Below are positions 61,303-64,000 of a DNA stretch of 64,000 bases, piece by piece. A program made the translations under genes and the position numbers. The notes beneath the pieces were generated by a model. The model did no database searches. It was given only the letters and a program-made list of their open reading frames with translations, and had not been told where the DNA came from. The DNA comes from Rhodothermales bacterium. Its GTDB lineage: Bacteria > Bacteroidota > Rhodothermia > Rhodothermales > VXPQ01. Location of the stretch: assembly GCA_965223485.1 (NCBI GenBank), contig OZ244993.1:8483-72482 (forward strand), read 5' to 3'. Positions within the stretch are counted from its first letter, which is position 1. Every line of letters begins with the position of its first letter.

Positions 61303-62088
61303 TCAATACGAATAAATCACACTTGCGCTCCAGAGAAAATCGTCACCCGATATATCGGTGTGTAAGGATTTGTTGATCATAGCCGACAGGGAAAACGGAA
61401 AACCCCTTTTCGCCAATACGGCGCTCGAAGAAAAATACGTCCCGCTCATCTCGTCTATTCTCTCGTCTATTCTCTCGTCTATTCTCAGATAGTAGACTTG
61501 CGAGTTTAAGGTAACGGTCCATGCATCGAACACGTCGATATTGGATAATCGGGTAGTGAAGACGATAAAATTCAGGTTTCGCAAGGTGGATTCTTCTATA
61601 CCGCGCGCATACAGAAATAGCATCCCTATATTCAGATTTTTCGTAAGGGAATACTCAGGTAGGATCTGCCCGCCTATGAATCGTCGGGCTATGATGGCGT
61701 CCCGCTGGACGTTATCTTCATCTTCCGTTTCCGTGATGGACGATGTGACGAAGTTAAGGACGGAGTTGAGGGCGACTCGAAGCCTGAACTTGTCGGTTTG
61801 CAGCATTCGGTATTGCCACCGGAACACAAAATCCCAGGGTTTCCCTGTCGTGGCAAACCGAAGTTCCGGCTCGAACGTCAATTTTCTCTTTCCGATTCTC
61901 GTGTAAAATTGTACGGCGGGCTTACCCAGGGTAAAGTTGGGTATTTGGGAAACGCCTTTGTTGGTAATACCGACCGTTCCGGCAAAGGCTTTCCGCTCCT
62001 GCTCGACCTCTTGCGAAAACGCAAAGCGGGCATGCATGGTTAACGAAAGGAACAGGATCGCACCTGCGATCGGATATGTCGTTTTCAT
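61303..62088 (-). CDS. Hypothetical outer-membrane beta-barrel protein
   Basis: Signal peptide, amphipathic strands, C-terminal aromatic residues (YSY). Lower GC than the flanks. Confidence 0.6.
   Translation of the reverse strand: MKTTYPIAGAILFLSLTMHARFAFSQEVEQERKAFAGTVGITNKGVSQIPNFTLGKPAVQFYTRIGKRKLTFEPELRFATTGKPWDFVFRWQYRMLQTDKFRLRVALNSVLNFVTSSITETEDEDNVQRDAIIARRFIGGQILPEYSLTKNLNIGMLFLYARGIEESTLRNLNFIVFTTRLSNIDVFDAWTVTLNSQVYYLRIDERIDERIDEMSGTYFSSSAVLAKRGFPFSLSAMINKSLHTDISGDDFLWSASVIYSY
61450..61485. repeat. 12-bp x3 in-frame tandem repeat (RIDE x3)
   Basis: CTCGTCTATTCT occurs three times in tandem. Confidence 0.9.
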
Positions 62089-62594
62089 GGTGCTTGTCAA
62101 TGGGCGATCCTTGCCTATGACTGTAAATCCGCCTGCTTGCTTTTCATGGTTTTTCCCGGTTGTCGCCGCCTTGGCCGGTTACCGGAGAGCTGCAACAACG
62201 CTTGCTCTTTAACCGGAAACACAAACGGCCGGCCCGCTGCGATCCGCGACGAAGAACGGTTGCAGGAAGCCGAAAGGGGGAACACCTTGTAAAGATAGGC
62301 AACCGGGACCAGCTTTCCACCCGGACAAATAATCCTCGTCCGCATGGGTGGCACAACTATTCGACGCATTTATTGCGTAGAATACTTATACAAGCTCCTT
62401 CCGGTTGGGCAGTGCGATTATTTGACGCATTTTTTGCGGTGAATAGCCATACGAGCCCCTTGCACATGGGTAGCACATCATCTTGCGCGGCAACGCCAGG
62501 CGGGGCTTAAACCTGCCGAAGGATTTCGACGAGGAGGGCAAGGGGTATCACATCCATTGAGGGAGCGTTCTTTGCGGAATCCTCGCAAAGCAGG

Positions 62595-62894
62595 CTATTG
62601 CTGTAAAATCTGGAATACAAGCTGCGCCAATACGCCAGCAATAGCCCCCAAACCCAACCCCATTATCCAGCGAAGAAGAGCATTGTTTTGCTTAGTCAGG
62701 TCGGCCCGGAGTTCGCCTATCTCAGCTCGTACGGAACCTATTTCGGCTCGTACGAAACCTATTTCGGCTCGGACAAAATCTTTCGAGGCCGCGTCCCCCT
62801 GCCCGTTACGGATAGCTCTTGCTATCGCTTCAGCCGGGCGCTGTTCAAGGCCCGCATTCACAAGAGCGTGGGCGATGGCGAGGGTGTCGATCAT
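62595..62894 (-). CDS. CCDC90/DUF1640-like coiled-coil membrane-anchored protein
   Basis: MIDTL..L..AG...AEAI head, ASKD neck, VRAEIG heptad repeats (21-bp repeat), C-terminal transmembrane segment. Confidence 0.75.
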   Translation of the reverse strand: MIDTLAIAHALVNAGLEQRPAEAIARAIRNGQGDAASKDFVRAEIGFVRAEIGSVRAEIGELRADLTKQNNALLRWIMGLGLGAIAGVLAQLVFQILQQ

Positions 62895-63494
62895 GGCTTT
62901 CGGAAAGATTTAAGAATTAATATGCTGTTTTCGGCGTTCTGTTTCAAGCGTGCCCGCATTGTTTCCATGAAAGGTCAAAATGGAAAAAGCGCCTTGCAAA
63001 GTCCCCCATCCGGGCGATTTTTCTCTGGCGGCCCCCCTTGTTGCATGCTGGCCCGGTTCTGCGCATATAGACACATAACCCGCCAAAATATAACCCTGCC
63101 CGCCAGCGTGCGACGGTTGCGCCAAAACCTGGAGTTTTCCCTACATTAATTTTAGGATACTCTGATCAAAACCACTTCGATCAGCGCTTCGCGTTCGTGT
63201 GTAAAAGATATTATAATTGCATCGTTGAATTTAGCGAGAAACGCTGCGGATTCGGGGCAGTGCGGGCGTGAAGCGCCCTTCGGGAGGCTGCGAGAAGCAC
63301 GCTGGCTGCGTCATTCCTCATTGTGTGGGGCCTGCCACACTGCTTCGTCATTCCTTGCCAGCGCACCCCTCTCAGCCTCTGAACTTCGCGGACTTAACCA
63401 GTTCGCCCAAAAACGAGGGCAAACTGGTTGGAACAATTGTTTACTCTTTTCGTGATTGCATGAAATCATTTTTGTCCAAATGAACGAGGACCTT

Positions 63495-63749
63495 ATGGCC
63501 AGTATCACCATTCGCAATCTCTCCGCAGAGTCCAAGGAACGACTCCGGCGCACAGCCAGCCAACAGGGTTGTAGCCTTGAAGCGTTGGTCCGGTCTATTC
63601 TGGACGCCGCCGCCAGAGACGCTACCCACGATACGACAGCGGCCTCCAGATTTCCGTTCGATCTCATTTCGATGGTCGAGCCCGGCGAAGATATCGAACC
63701 GTTTCTGGAAGATCACGACCACCCGCAAGCGCCTCTGAACCTGCAATGA
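63495..63749 (+). CDS. FitA-like ribbon-helix-helix antitoxin
   Basis: MASITIRNL..KERLR..A..G.SLEA.VR.IL motif; GAGGA RBS; ATGA overlap with the PIN toxin gene. Confidence 0.87.
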   Translation: MASITIRNLSAESKERLRRTASQQGCSLEALVRSILDAAARDATHDTTAASRFPFDLISMVEPGEDIEPFLEDHDHPQAPLNLQ

Positions 63750-64000
63750 TCCTGCTGGACACAAATGTCTTGTCCGAGCTGACCAAGCCAACGCCTTCGG
63801 CGCATGTGGTCGCCTGGCTCAACGACAACGAACCCATACTGGCGCTGTCGGCCGTCACGCTCGCCGAGTTGCGTTACGGGATAGCGCGGCTCCCCGATGG
63901 CAAGCGAAAGTCGAGCCTGATCCGTTTCTGGAACATGACCAGAGATCGTTTCAAAGGAAGAACCTTCCCGTTCGACGAACGCACAGCCGAAATCTACGGC
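63746..64000 (+). CDS. vapC: VapC/FitB PIN-domain toxin (3' end outside window)
   Basis: MILLDTNVLSELTKP..VVAWL..LSAVTLAELRYGIARLPDGKRK..PFDE. Confidence 0.9.
   Translation, partial: MILLDTNVLSELTKPTPSAHVVAWLNDNEPILALSAVTLAELRYGIARLPDGKRKSSLIRFWNMTRDRFKGRTFPFDERTAEIYG

Overview
About 60% of the window (1159-38571, minus strand) is a head-to-tail array of four paralogous giant (~2900-3400 aa) secreted proteins. All four share one architecture: signal peptide, a near-invariant N-terminal cap, a zone of 'variable' Ig/PKD-like domains with hypervariable loops, a stalk of acidic ~96-99 aa two-Cys Ig/PKD-like repeats, a Pro-rich linker, and a conserved ~490 aa C-terminus that looks like a DUF4402/pilin-like domain fused to a PapD-like chaperone domain. 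The array forms two 2-gene units, each behind a duplicated promoter and attenuator-like leader. Modules are shared between paralogs in a mosaic pattern. Genes 1 and 3 appear to have taken their start codon and N-terminus from a decayed DCC-family thiol-disulfide oxidoreductase gene. Next to the array lie an egtB relic and a decayed Cre-like recombinase. The rest looks like an FCB-group genome, probably Rhodothermota-like and possibly host-associated (inference): a TonB receptor/T9SS-cargo/PorV trio, a Tat-exported sugar oxidoreductase/isomerase cluster, PIG-L deacetylase-BCCT-Tsx-like genes, DUF6580, a CCDC90-like protein and a FitAB/VapBC toxin-antitoxin pair. No rRNA, tRNA, CRISPR array or reverse transcriptase was recognised. 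All family calls come from motif recognition by eye, not database searches.
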